Positions 20,336-30,021 are shown, counted from the first letter of the stretch. The stretch: 64,000 nt of DNA from Treponemataceae bacterium (GCA_963678065.2 CAXXVZ010000004.1:224001-288000); one strand, 5' to 3'. The notes: generated by a model not told the origin, from the letters alone. A program made the numbers and translations.

Positions 20336-21457
20336 ATGAGCATCAAAGACCTTGTCGCGGTATCGCGACGATATGGAGCCGACCCCGACTACGTCGTCGC
20401 GGGCGGCGGCAACACTTCCTGGAAAACGGAGACCGAGCTCTACATCAAAGGTTCGGGGTCGGCCCTCGAATCGATCGACGAAAACGGCTTTGTCCGCATG
20501 GACCGCGCGAAGCTCGCCGCCGTCTGGACCGCCTCCTATCCCGTCGATACCGACGCCCGCGAGAGCGCCGTCCTCGTCGACCTCATGGCGGCGAGATTTC
20601 CCGGCGAACAGGACAAGCGTCCAAGCGTCGAGACCCTCCTCCACGATATCCTCCCCCCGGCCTTCGTCGTCCACACCCACCCCGCCCTCGTGAACGGCAT
20701 CACCTGTTCGGCACAGGGCGAGAAGGCCGCCCGGCGACTCTTCGGAGAAGATGCCCTCTGGATCCCCTCCATGAACCCAGGCTATGTCCTCTCGCGCGCC
20801 GTGAAGGAAGCCTTCGAGGCTCACTGCGCGCGGACCGGACGCGCGCCCGCCTTCATACTCCTGCAGAATCACGGCATCTTCATCGCAGCCGATTCGGTCG
20901 CCGGGATCGACGCGATCTACGGCCGGGTCATGTCGACGATCGGAAACCGGATCGCGCGCGCACCCGATTTCTCAGGAGCTGTCTCGACATATGGAGCCTC
21001 CGCCGAAATCGCGGTCCGCCTCACCGCGCTTGCGGGGAATCCGGACGCTCCGGCGAGCGTAGTCTTCCGCAGGGACGCCGAGCTCGCCCGCCTGACAGTC
21101 GACGCCGCGGCCTTCGCGCCCGTCGCTTCAGCCTATTCCCCCGACCACATCGTGTACGCGGGGAGCGACCCGCTCTTCGTCGACTCGCCAGAGGGGATCG
21201 AGGCCGCGTGGCGGCGTTTCCTCGACACGAAAAAACGCACGCCCAAGATACTCGCCCTCAGGGGAACGGGAATCTTCGGAATCGGCGCAAACGAAAAGGC
21301 CGCCCGGCTCGCGGTGGAGCTCTTCATGGACGCGGCCAAGGTCGCGGCCTATGTCGAATCCTTCGGCGGACCGCGCTTCATGAGTCAGGACCAGATCGAT
21401 TTCATCAACAACTGGGAAGTCGAGCGCTACCGCTCGAAGATCTCCACAAAAGCTTGA
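20336..21457 (+). CDS. Class II aldolase/adducin-family protein (rhamnulose-1-phosphate aldolase-like)
   Basis: GGGNTS, IKGSG, PSVETLLH, HTH, LQNHG and NWEVERYR motifs. Adjacent to rhaA. Confidence 0.85.
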   Translation: MSIKDLVAVSRRYGADPDYVVAGGGNTSWKTETELYIKGSGSALESIDENGFVRMDRAKLAAVWTASYPVDTDARESAVLVDLMAARFPGEQDKRPSVETLLHDILPPAFVVHTHPALVNGITCSAQGEKAARRLFGEDALWIPSMNPGYVLSRAVKEAFEAHCARTGRAPAFILLQNHGIFIAADSVAGIDAIYGRVMSTIGNRIARAPDFSGAVSTYGASAEIAVRLTALAGNPDAPASVVFRRDAELARLTVDAAAFAPVASAYSPDHIVYAGSDPLFVDSPEGIEAAWRRFLDTKKRTPKILALRGTGIFGIGANEKAARLAVELFMDAAKVAAYVESFGGPRFMSQDQIDFINNWEVERYRSKISTKA

Positions 21458-21478
21458 ATCGTGCACAAGGAGAATCAT

Positions 21479-22762
21479 ATGGGCAGATATTCCGACACCG
21501 ATTCGATCGAAAAAGCCTACAGCCTCGCCAGGGCGCGCTACGCCGGCCTCGGCGTCGACACCGAGGCCGTTCTCGCGTCGACCGCGAAGATTCCCGTCTC
21601 CCTCCACTGCTGGCAGGGCGACGATGTCGGCGGCTTCGAGAACAAGGACGGGCTCACGGGCGGCGGCATCCTCGCGACGGGCAACTATCCTGGCAAGGCG
21701 CGGAACGCGACCGAACTCCGCGCGGACGCTGACTTCGCCTTCTCCCTCATTCCGGGGACCAAGCGCTTCAACCTCCACATGATCTACGCCGAAACCGGCG
21801 GGGAAAAGGTCTCGCGCGCGAAGCTCAGCCCCGAGCACTTCACAGCCTGGATAGACTGGGCGAAGGGAAAGGGCATCGGCCTCGATTTCAACCCCTCCTT
21901 CTTCTCTCACCCCATGGCCGAATCGGGTTTCACACTCTCCAGCGCCGACGACGCAGTCCGAGAGTTCTGGATCGAGCACGCGAAGGCGAGCCGCCGCATC
22001 GCGAGCGCCATGGGAACGGCGCTCGGCACTCCTTCGGTCAACAATATCTGGATTCCCGACGGATCGAAGGATCTCCCCGCCGACCGCCTCGCGCCGCGGG
22101 AGAGACTTCGCGAGTCTCTCGATGAAGTCCTCTCCGAAAAGCTCCCCGCAGGCAGCCTCGTCGACGCGGTGGAGTGCAAGCTCTTCGGAATCGGGAGCGA
22201 GGCATACGTCGTCGGATCGCACGAGTTCTACATGGGCTACGCCGCCACGAGGGGCGTGAAACTCACCCTCGACATGGGACACTTCCACCCGACCGAGACC
22301 ATCGCCGACAAAATCTCCGCCATGCTCCTCTTCACGCCAGGCCTCTTGCTCCACATCAGTCGCGGCCTTCGCTGGGACTCCGACCACGTCGCCCTCTACT
22401 CGGACGAAGTGCGGGATGTCTGCCGCGAGATCGCCCGCATGGACGCCTTCGGCAAAATCGACATCGCCCTCGACTACTTCGACGCATCGATCAACCGAAT
22501 AGCCGCCTGGGCCATCGGGGCGAGGGGACTGCAGAAGGCCATCCTCGACGCGAAACTCGAGCCGACCGCCCTCATCAGGAAGGCCGAGGCCGGGGGACGC
22601 AACCACGAGCGGCTCGCCCTCATGGAAGAGTCCAAGACCCTCCCCTTCGGCGCCGTCTGGGACAAGTACTGCCTCGACCAGGGCGTCCCCGTCGGGACGG
22701 ACTGGATCGAAGAGGTCTCTGGCTGGGAAAAGAGGACGCTCGCGGGGAGAACCCAGGGCTGA
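21479..22762 (+). CDS. rhaA: L-rhamnose isomerase
   Basis: HCWQGDDV, NIWIPDG, KLFGIGSE, DMGHFHPTE, RWDSDH and DYFDASINR motifs. AGGAG RBS. Confidence 0.95.
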   Translation: MGRYSDTDSIEKAYSLARARYAGLGVDTEAVLASTAKIPVSLHCWQGDDVGGFENKDGLTGGGILATGNYPGKARNATELRADADFAFSLIPGTKRFNLHMIYAETGGEKVSRAKLSPEHFTAWIDWAKGKGIGLDFNPSFFSHPMAESGFTLSSADDAVREFWIEHAKASRRIASAMGTALGTPSVNNIWIPDGSKDLPADRLAPRERLRESLDEVLSEKLPAGSLVDAVECKLFGIGSEAYVVGSHEFYMGYAATRGVKLTLDMGHFHPTETIADKISAMLLFTPGLLLHISRGLRWDSDHVALYSDEVRDVCREIARMDAFGKIDIALDYFDASINRIAAWAIGARGLQKAILDAKLEPTALIRKAEAGGRNHERLALMEESKTLPFGAVWDKYCLDQGVPVGTDWIEEVSGWEKRTLAGRTQG

Positions 22763-22765
22763 AGC

Positions 22766-23974
22766 CTAGCCTTCCGGGAACAGTGTCTCGCGCGTCCGCG
22801 CGTCGAGTTTCGAAATAGTGCAGGCCGGAATCGTGTACATGGCGATGAAGCGCGGAAGGAATTTTTTCAGCGGGGATGCGAAGACCAGAGCGACAAGGGC
22901 GCCGCGGGCGGCCGACCAGGCCGCGCCGCCGCCTGTCCCCGCCCTCATCATGAGCCAGGCGCGCGAGGCGGCCCTCCTGGCCGCGCGCCGTCTCACGCGG
23001 GTGTAGGCCCGGCCGAGGGCTTCGAGCGAATCCGGATTTTCCAGCGCCCGCCCGATGACGCGCGCGAGGAATTCCGCGTCGGCGAAGCCCGTGTTCATAT
23101 TCTGGCCGCCGATGGGGGACATGAGGTGGGCCGCGTCCCCCGCGAGGAAGACCCGCCCGGCGGAGTAGCTCCCGGCCGTGAAGCGCTGCACTCCGAAGGC
23201 GCTTTCCCAGACCATCTCCGAAGCTTCCGGCTTCAGCCCCGCGCGCAGGGCGATGTTCCGCACGAGGTAGTCCTGTCCACCCTCCTTCACGAAGCCTTCG
23301 GTCCTGAGAACGAAGCGGCGCAAGCCCCCGGGCATCGGGAATGATTCGACACTGCCGTGGCGCGTGAAGAACATCCTGACTTCTTCGCCCCAGCCGCTTC
23401 GGTCGACGAAATCCCCCATAAGAAAAGTATCCCCGTAGGCCGCGCCCCGGAAGGCTATCCCCGCCGCACTCCGGACGACGCTCTTTCCGCCGTCGCAGCC
23501 CGCGAGAAAATCCGCCCGAAACTCGAAACTCCCCTCTGGCCCCGTTCCGCGCAAAAGCGGGCGGCCGCCCTCGTCGAAGGCGATCCTTGTGACCTCGTGG
23601 CCGTAGCGCAGCCTGATATGCGGCGAGCGCGAAGCCGCGTCCGCGAGGAGTCTCTCCGTCTCTCCCTGCGGCAGGGAGAGAATGAAGGGGTACCGCGATC
23701 CGAGCGAATGGAAATCCAGGGAACCCAGATACAGCCGCGTTCCGTACACCCTGCTCTCGCGGACCCGGACGCCGCGCGCGACGAGAGCTTTTGCGAGCCC
23801 TAAGCTTTCGAATATCTCGAGCGACGGAGGCGTGATCCCGATGGCGCGGGCGTTGGCGACGGGCCCGGATCGCTTTTCGAACACGACGACGCCGATCCCC
23901 GCCGCAGCGAGGAGGTTGGCGGCGAGGAGTCCGACGGGCCCCGCCCCCACCACGGCGACAGTGGCTTCGGGCAC
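22766..23974 (-). CDS. FAD-dependent monooxygenase (UbiH/PHBH-type aromatic hydroxylase)
   Basis: GTG at 23974 after GAGG. GAGPVG, GCDGGKSVVR and GDAAHLMSPIGGQNMNTG motifs. Confidence 0.88.
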   Translation of the reverse strand: MPEATVAVVGAGPVGLLAANLLAAAGIGVVVFEKRSGPVANARAIGITPPSLEIFESLGLAKALVARGVRVRESRVYGTRLYLGSLDFHSLGSRYPFILSLPQGETERLLADAASRSPHIRLRYGHEVTRIAFDEGGRPLLRGTGPEGSFEFRADFLAGCDGGKSVVRSAAGIAFRGAAYGDTFLMGDFVDRSGWGEEVRMFFTRHGSVESFPMPGGLRRFVLRTEGFVKEGGQDYLVRNIALRAGLKPEASEMVWESAFGVQRFTAGSYSAGRVFLAGDAAHLMSPIGGQNMNTGFADAEFLARVIGRALENPDSLEALGRAYTRVRRRAARRAASRAWLMMRAGTGGGAAWSAARGALVALVFASPLKKFLPRFIAMYTIPACTISKLDARTRETLFPEG

Positions 23975-23978
23975 CGCC

Positions 23979-25649
23979 TCACTCTCTGGCGGCGGGCTTC
24001 TTCGGCCCGAGCTTGACGAAGACCGCGTGGACGAGGGATGCGCCAATGAGTCCCAGGAAGGCGCTCATGGCGAAGCCGACGAGATTGCAGGCGAGGAAGA
24101 GCAGCAGGCCAGGGCCGGTTCCGAGCCCCGCCGAATCGGCGAAGTACAGCATTCCGAGGGAGGAGGCGAGGAAAATCCCCGCAAGAAGCATCTTGCGCCT
24201 CAGAAGCCTCGTCGAAGTCTTCTTGAACCGGATTTTTCCGTCAAAGAGCCCGGAACCGAAGGCGGCGAGGAGCGAGAAGGGCAGTATCCAGGCCAGCACT
24301 CCGATGGACGTGAGAATATCCGGCTTCCAGCCGGGCACGATGATGGCGGCCAGGGCGAGAACCAGCATGATCAGGGTGAGGGCCTGGGGGGCGTGGACGA
24401 TGATGGGGTGGATGTCGAGTTTCAGGATGAACGCCCGGTCGCGTTCGACCGGGTCGACGTAGGTTTCGAAAACCTTGGCGCTGACCCCGCAGGCCGGGCA
24501 GACATCCTTCAAGGCATCTTCGGGCATGATGTACCCGCAAATCTTGCAGCGGACCAGTTTTTTGTCGCCGGCCAGCTTTCCTATCAGATTTCCTATCAGA
24601 TTTCCGACCATGGATTTTTTTTGAGTCATATCCGCCTCCGGATTCAGGTCGTGGTAAAAATCGGCAGGGCGCACCTTGCCCTTGAAAATCGCGTAGACGA
24701 ACAGGGAGTAAACCGCCACGAGGCCGAGACCGACGCAGGCGATCGTTCCCAGGAGCCGCAGGCTGTACTCGGACGCGGCGGCTGAGTAGATCGTGAGACT
24801 CGCGGCGGGATTGGCGCTGTCGGCGACTAAAACCGGATACTGCGAGCTTCCCGCGGCGATGAAGACCCCTGCCGCCTGAAGGAAGGAAGCCGCGAATGCG
24901 AGTTTCTCGCGGCGCGCGCGGAAGACCGCGATCCCGGCGAGCCCGATAGCGCTCAGGATCGTCCCGACAAGGAATCCCGCCGATCCGCCCGACTTCCGTC
25001 CAAAGGCGACGAGGGCGAGGAAGAGGCCGGTAAGGAGGGCGGAGAGAGGCCATAGGTAGGCGAGAGAGCGCCCCGCGACGGCCCGAGCCTCTCTCTCCGT
25101 CTTGAGCCCGAGGTAGAGTGCCCCTTGCGAAAGGCTGAAGGCCACAAAGCAGAGTCCGGAGACGAGAGGCAGGAGTCCGAAGGCGGCGGCGAGGGAGCCG
25201 CCGTAGGGATCGGTTCCGGACAGAGGCATTCCACCGATGAAGAGGCCGAAAAGGTCCCCGACGAGGAAGGCCGCGAGAAACCCGCCCACCGTGAAAACCC
25301 TTTCCCAGACGGCGCGACTCGCAGGCGCCGCCTGTCTGAACCACATCTCGAAGGCGACGGGTCTCAGAATGAGGCAGGCCATCAGGATGAACACGAAGGG
25401 GTACAGGAGGGGAAGCGCGCCGGCGAAGACCGCCGGAAAAACGGCGAATGAAGACCCCACCGCGATGAGCCCCCAGAGTTCGTTCCCGTCCCATACAGGC
25501 CACATGCTCGAGAGCGCGTCGCGCTTCGCCGGGCCTTCCTTCGGCAGGAAGGGCAGCAGCATTCCGATTCCGAAATCGAATCCGTCGAGCGTCATGTACA
25601 TGCAGAAGGCTATCCCGATCAGGAAAAACCACAGTGTGTTGATATCCAT
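23979..25649 (-). CDS. cydB: Cytochrome bd oxidase subunit II fused to a rubredoxin-like domain and a 4-TM membrane domain
   Basis: LDGFDFG, PVWDGNELW and LRPVAFE motifs with the usual CydB end FKGKV. The frame continues without a stop into CKICGY...CPACG and HPIIVHAP plus four TM segments. Confidence 0.85.
   Translation of the reverse strand: MDINTLWFFLIGIAFCMYMTLDGFDFGIGMLLPFLPKEGPAKRDALSSMWPVWDGNELWGLIAVGSSFAVFPAVFAGALPLLYPFVFILMACLILRPVAFEMWFRQAAPASRAVWERVFTVGGFLAAFLVGDLFGLFIGGMPLSGTDPYGGSLAAAFGLLPLVSGLCFVAFSLSQGALYLGLKTEREARAVAGRSLAYLWPLSALLTGLFLALVAFGRKSGGSAGFLVGTILSAIGLAGIAVFRARREKLAFAASFLQAAGVFIAAGSSQYPVLVADSANPAASLTIYSAAASEYSLRLLGTIACVGLGLVAVYSLFVYAIFKGKVRPADFYHDLNPEADMTQKKSMVGNLIGNLIGKLAGDKKLVRCKICGYIMPEDALKDVCPACGVSAKVFETYVDPVERDRAFILKLDIHPIIVHAPQALTLIMLVLALAAIIVPGWKPDILTSIGVLAWILPFSLLAAFGSGLFDGKIRFKKTSTRLLRRKMLLAGIFLASSLGMLYFADSAGLGTGPGLLLFLACNLVGFAMSAFLGLIGASLVHAVFVKLGPKKPAARE
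24577..24605 (-). repeat. 12-bp tandem repeat (GNLI-GNLI-GKL) in the cydB fusion linker
   Basis: TTTCCTATCAGA x2 followed by TTTCC. Confidence 0.8.
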
Positions 25650-25650
25650 C

Positions 25651-27015
25651 TCACTTGTCTCCCAGGCCATTTCTGACCAGGCTCGGCAGGAACTTCAGGA
25701 AAAGTCCCAGGAGGATAGCGTACAGCGCGACGAGAAGGATGAGCGAGCCGAGGACATATGCCGCGGGAACCCCCGAGGCGGCGTCTTTAGTACGGAGAAT
25801 CCCGTAGATCGTCCAGGGTTGGCGTCCGAGTTCGGCCGTGACCCAGCCGAGATCGTTCGCGATGACCGGCAGCGGAATGGCGAAGGTCAGGACCTTGAGG
25901 AGCCAGGGATTCGACTCAAGCCTGTTCTTCCTGCGCAGGATCGCGGTGAAAAGGAGGAGGGCGATCATGAAGACCCCGATGAGCACCATGAAGTGGAAAG
26001 ACTGGAAGACAGTCTGGACGGCGGGCCACTGGTCCTTCGGAAAATCGTTCAGTCCCTTCGAGACGGCGGTAAAACTGCCCGATTCCAGAAAGCTCAAGCC
26101 CCCGGGAATGCCGAGCCCATAGGTCTTGCCTGCGGCGACATCGACGAAGCCGACTCCGTAGAGCGGAGCTCCGGCCTGCGTCTGGAAGATGCCTTCCATG
26201 GCCGGGCTCTTGGGGCCCTGCCAGCGGATGACCTCCATGATCTGGTTGTGGCCCCACAGGGGTTGAACGATGGCCGTCACGACGCACAGCGAGAGGGCGA
26301 TGCCCATCATCTTCCGCGCCGTGTCGGGCTTCCGGCCCTTCCTGAGATACCAGGCTCCGATTCCCAGCATCAGCATCCCTCCGGAAAGCCATGCCGCGGT
26401 GACGGTGTGCAGAAAGCGCCTGAGCATGGTGGGATTGAAGAAAACCCGGAAATAATCGCCGAGGACTATCCTGCCGTTCTCGATCGTAAATCCGTTCACG
26501 GCAGGATCGATCGTCCCGGAAGCCATGTACTGATCGAGAGCCTCGACGGTGTGGAAGGGGGTCTGCATCCAGGAATTGGCCGCGGTGATGATGAGGGCGG
26601 AGAGATGGGCCCCGAGAAACACCATGAAGGCCGAGAAAAGGTAGAGCCCCTTGCCCACCCGGGCGCGGCCGAAGAGGAGGATTCCGGCGAAGGCCGCCTC
26701 CATGGTAAATGCGACGATAGCCTCGATCGCGAGGTTGGCGCCGAGTAGCGGGCCGGCCATGGCCGAGAAGGCCGCCCAGTTCGTTCCGAAGGCGACAGGC
26801 AGGGTGATGCCTGTGGCGACGCCGAAGGCGAAGACGAGCCCGACCATGTTCACCGCCAGCTTCGATATCTCCCGGTACGGCTCCCTGCCTGTCCTGACAT
26901 GGAGGATTTCCACTGCCAGGATGTAGAAGGTGAGCCCCAGAGTGAGCGAGGGGAAAATAAAATGGATGCCCAGCGAAATTCCCGTCTGCATGCGTGAAAG
27001 CGTGGCCGCGTCCAT
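25651..27015 (-). CDS. cydA: Cytochrome bd oxidase subunit I (short Q-loop)
   Basis: HFIFP, FGTNW, NSWMQTP, RFLHT, KxxAME, FHFMV and ELGRQPW motifs. GGAGG RBS. Confidence 0.95.
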   Translation of the reverse strand: MDAATLSRMQTGISLGIHFIFPSLTLGLTFYILAVEILHVRTGREPYREISKLAVNMVGLVFAFGVATGITLPVAFGTNWAAFSAMAGPLLGANLAIEAIVAFTMEAAFAGILLFGRARVGKGLYLFSAFMVFLGAHLSALIITAANSWMQTPFHTVEALDQYMASGTIDPAVNGFTIENGRIVLGDYFRVFFNPTMLRRFLHTVTAAWLSGGMLMLGIGAWYLRKGRKPDTARKMMGIALSLCVVTAIVQPLWGHNQIMEVIRWQGPKSPAMEGIFQTQAGAPLYGVGFVDVAAGKTYGLGIPGGLSFLESGSFTAVSKGLNDFPKDQWPAVQTVFQSFHFMVLIGVFMIALLLFTAILRRKNRLESNPWLLKVLTFAIPLPVIANDLGWVTAELGRQPWTIYGILRTKDAASGVPAAYVLGSLILLVALYAILLGLFLKFLPSLVRNGLGDK

Positions 27016-27027
27016 AGGCCCTCCTCC

Positions 27028-27888
27028 TCAATAGAATAAGGCGGATATGAAAAATGCGTTCATGAAGGTCGACGAAAGCAGGTTCATCCGCGCCATCCCC
27101 CGGTAATCGGCCGCGCGCGGGTCGCGGAAGACTCGTATCGTCCAGAGGGCGAGATAGGCGACAAGAGGCAGCTGGGATACGAAATAGAGCGCCGCCTTCA
27201 GGACCGAAGCCATCGCATACATGTAATATGCCATAAAGAGAACCGTCGCCACGGCGAGGAATATCCATCCGAAGATGAAAGTTCCCCTGATTCCGAGGAG
27301 CATGCTCATCGTCCTGTCCCCGCGCGCCGCGTCTTCTTTGTGCTGGTATACCTGAGTGAGGGGATAGGCCGCGAGGAGGAAGACCGAGATGGCGCCTGCG
27401 CCGAGCCAGAATCCCCGCTCTGCGGTCGGAAGACGGCCGCCTCCGACCCAGGCGGTGAGGACATAGACGAAGAGACCCTGGGCCAGGCCGACGAAGATCC
27501 AGCTGGCCACGGCGTAGCGCTTCCATCTCGTCTTGTCCCAGCTGTAGAGCTTGGAACCGACTCCATAAAGGAAACAGGCCAGAGCGAGCCAAGGACTCAG
27601 AATGAAGCCGAGGGCGATTCCCAGCGCGTCGAGCCCGAGAGACCAGTGGAGCAGCTCGCGCGTAGGCATGGGAGGATGCTCCACTCCGCCGATAGGCCCG
27701 GTATCCCTGTCGTAGTACGAATTGAATGAGTTGCTCGCCGTATAGAGGCAGAGATGGAGGATCACGAAGAGCAGAGCGCAGGGGAAGAAAGCCGGTGAGG
27801 TCACCGCGCCGAGGCCGAAAAAGAAGGCGGGGGCGAGGAAGAAGGAAAAGGGAAAGCGCAAGAGGATGAAGGTCTCGCGGCTCGGCAT
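27028..27888 (-). CDS. UbiA-family prenyltransferase
   Basis: About nine TM segments, with Asp-rich NSYYDRD and YQHKEDAARGD motifs. Confidence 0.85.
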   Translation of the reverse strand: MPSRETFILLRFPFSFFLAPAFFFGLGAVTSPAFFPCALLFVILHLCLYTASNSFNSYYDRDTGPIGGVEHPPMPTRELLHWSLGLDALGIALGFILSPWLALACFLYGVGSKLYSWDKTRWKRYAVASWIFVGLAQGLFVYVLTAWVGGGRLPTAERGFWLGAGAISVFLLAAYPLTQVYQHKEDAARGDRTMSMLLGIRGTFIFGWIFLAVATVLFMAYYMYAMASVLKAALYFVSQLPLVAYLALWTIRVFRDPRAADYRGMARMNLLSSTFMNAFFISALFY

Positions 27889-27897
27889 CGTGACTGG

Positions 27898-27926
27898 ATT
27901 ATAGTCTCCGCCCCGACTGCGGGCAA
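27898..27926 (-). promoter_or_regulatory. Sigma70 promoter of the ubiA-cydAB operon (near-leaderless)
   Basis: Minus strand TTGCCC-17 nt-TATAAT, 9 nt before the ATG, with no SD sequence. Confidence 0.7.
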
Positions 27927-28011
27927 CGCCCCTTCCTTCGGTCAGCTTTCTGGTTGAGGCAACACGGCGCGGCCTGCGCCGCCCAATTTCCGGAGGATGT
28001 CGCCGGAAGGT

Positions 28012-28998
28012 TCAGATCTTCCGGGCGTACTCTTTTAAAAGGGCGGCATATATGCGGTAGTTTTCCAGACTGACATCGGGCGGCGTCTGATGGTCGCAGG
28101 AAGGTATGAACCCGCCGGAGCGCATCGCCGGCAGAAGCCTCTCGAACTCGTCGCGCATCGCGCCTTCACCCGACTTCATCACCCGCTTGTCGAATCCTCC
28201 GATAAACAAAAAATGTGGGTGCGCCTTCCGGAGCTCCGCGACATCGACGCCCGACTGCCGTTCCAGGGGCAGGATTCCGTCGACGCCGAGAGCCTCGAAC
28301 CAGGGTATGACGGGGCGGACATCGCCGTCCGAATCGACGAAAACCTTTATTCCGCGCGCGTGGAGGGCCGGAACGAGGACACGGTAAAAGGGCGCGAGAA
28401 ATTCCTCGAAGGCTGCGGGCGAGAGCATAGGCCCCAAGTTGTAGGACAGATCCTCGGCCAGGGTGACGAAATCGGGAACCGCGACGCCGCAGAACTCGTC
28501 CAGGATTTTCAGGTTGAATTCGAGCAATCGACTGTTCATCTCGTTCATGAGTCCGGGCTCGTCGTAGAAGGCGAGCAGATGATTCTCGATGCCGAGAAGC
28601 TCCCGCGGATGCCAGAAAAACCCCTCGAAACTCGCCCAGACGACAAGATCGCCGCGCTCCTGCGCTTCGCGCCAGCCGGCCACGCGGGCCTTGTCGAAAC
28701 GATCGATCCTGTACAGCTCCGGAAGCAATGCCCGGTATTCTTGCGCGCTCCGGACAATGGCGGCGCCGTGGGTCGCGGGTTTCGGACATCCGGGGCCCAG
28801 TGCCTCGATCCAGTATTGGCGGTGCTGGTCGAGACCGAATTCCGAAAAGAGGGCGCCAGGGACCGAGGAGGGCACAGAGAGTCCCTCGGAATTCCAGCGC
28901 TGAAGAGTCGATGTCCACCAGGAGGCCCATTCGATGACAGGCAGTCGATCCGGTCGGCCAAATCCCAAGACGGTGCAAAAACGTTCGCGCGTGTTCAT
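28012..28998 (-). CDS. URO-D/MtaA-superfamily protein (putative cobamide methyltransferase)
   Basis: MNTRERF..RPDRLP, EDLSYNLGPMLSP, DSDG, GGFDK and GGFIPSCDH motifs. Confidence 0.85.
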   Translation of the reverse strand: MNTRERFCTVLGFGRPDRLPVIEWASWWTSTLQRWNSEGLSVPSSVPGALFSEFGLDQHRQYWIEALGPGCPKPATHGAAIVRSAQEYRALLPELYRIDRFDKARVAGWREAQERGDLVVWASFEGFFWHPRELLGIENHLLAFYDEPGLMNEMNSRLLEFNLKILDEFCGVAVPDFVTLAEDLSYNLGPMLSPAAFEEFLAPFYRVLVPALHARGIKVFVDSDGDVRPVIPWFEALGVDGILPLERQSGVDVAELRKAHPHFLFIGGFDKRVMKSGEGAMRDEFERLLPAMRSGGFIPSCDHQTPPDVSLENYRIYAALLKEYARKI

Positions 28999-29069
28999 GG
29001 CTTGACAGTGTAGAAAGAGGATGTCTCAATATCAACGCATTATTTTGCAAATAATAAGGCTATTTTTGC

Positions 29070-30011
29070 ATGAGATCGATTTCGCTGCCCGAACACCGTT
29101 TCCCGACGATGAGAACCATCGGGCTCGCCGTCCAGCATTTCCCCTCGTACATCCACACCGAGCCCGAGGGGCCACACAGACACGAACATCTCGAAATGTT
29201 CTGCGTCGTCGCGGGGAATGCGCGAAGCGTGGTGGACGGACATCCCTTCGTCGAGTTCCCCGGCTCGGTGGTCATCCTGCCCTTCGGCGACTCTCACGAG
29301 CTTCTGACAGGCCCAGAAGGAGTCGAAGTCATCAATGTCTACCTGGACCTGAGGCGTTTCGTCCCGCCGGCCTTCCCTCCCGAAATCGAAAGCCTGATCG
29401 CACCCCTTTTGCCCACTGGCCTCGCTTTCCGGCACCGGATGAATGAAAGGATTCTGGTCCTGCCCGAAAATCCCGAGCGCATCCTCGGCCTTTTGTCCAC
29501 CCTCGTCGAGGAACAGGACAGAGCGGAGGCTGTCGGGCGGGAAGAGTGCATGACGGCAGTCTTTTCGCTTTTCCTGCTGGAATTGGCCCGCGGTGTGTCG
29601 AAGATGGCGAAAGAGGGAACCTTCGGCATTTCCTCTCCCGCCACTTTGCGAGCGGGCTGCGCCAGCCCGGCGGAGCGGATGAGGATACGCCTGGATTTCC
29701 AGCCCGAGCGCGATGTCGATGTGGCGCACTCCGCACAGGAGCTCGGAATATCTGCCGCGGGGCTGTGCAGATCCTTCCGCTCACTCACGGGGCGGACGAT
29801 CCTCGAATACCTGCATCGCAGACGGATCGAGCGAAGTCTTCGCCTTTTGCGAACATCGGAGAGAAAAATCGCCGACATAGCTTTCGAGACGGGTTTCAGG
29901 GATCTATCGTTTTTCAACAGGAAATTCAGGGATATTGTCGGGATTTCCCCGAGGGATTACCGGAAATCCGCGCACCGTCCGCGCCCGGGATCTCCCGGAT
30001 TCCCTGTCTAG
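29070..30011 (+). CDS. AraC-family transcriptional regulator
   Basis: Cupin HRHEHLE and C-terminal IADIAFETGFRDLSFFNRKF. Divergent from the URO-D gene. Confidence 0.88.
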   Translation: MRSISLPEHRFPTMRTIGLAVQHFPSYIHTEPEGPHRHEHLEMFCVVAGNARSVVDGHPFVEFPGSVVILPFGDSHELLTGPEGVEVINVYLDLRRFVPPAFPPEIESLIAPLLPTGLAFRHRMNERILVLPENPERILGLLSTLVEEQDRAEAVGREECMTAVFSLFLLELARGVSKMAKEGTFGISSPATLRAGCASPAERMRIRLDFQPERDVDVAHSAQELGISAAGLCRSFRSLTGRTILEYLHRRRIERSLRLLRTSERKIADIAFETGFRDLSFFNRKFRDIVGISPRDYRKSAHRPRPGSPGFPV

Positions 30012-30021
30012 ACCTCAGCTC

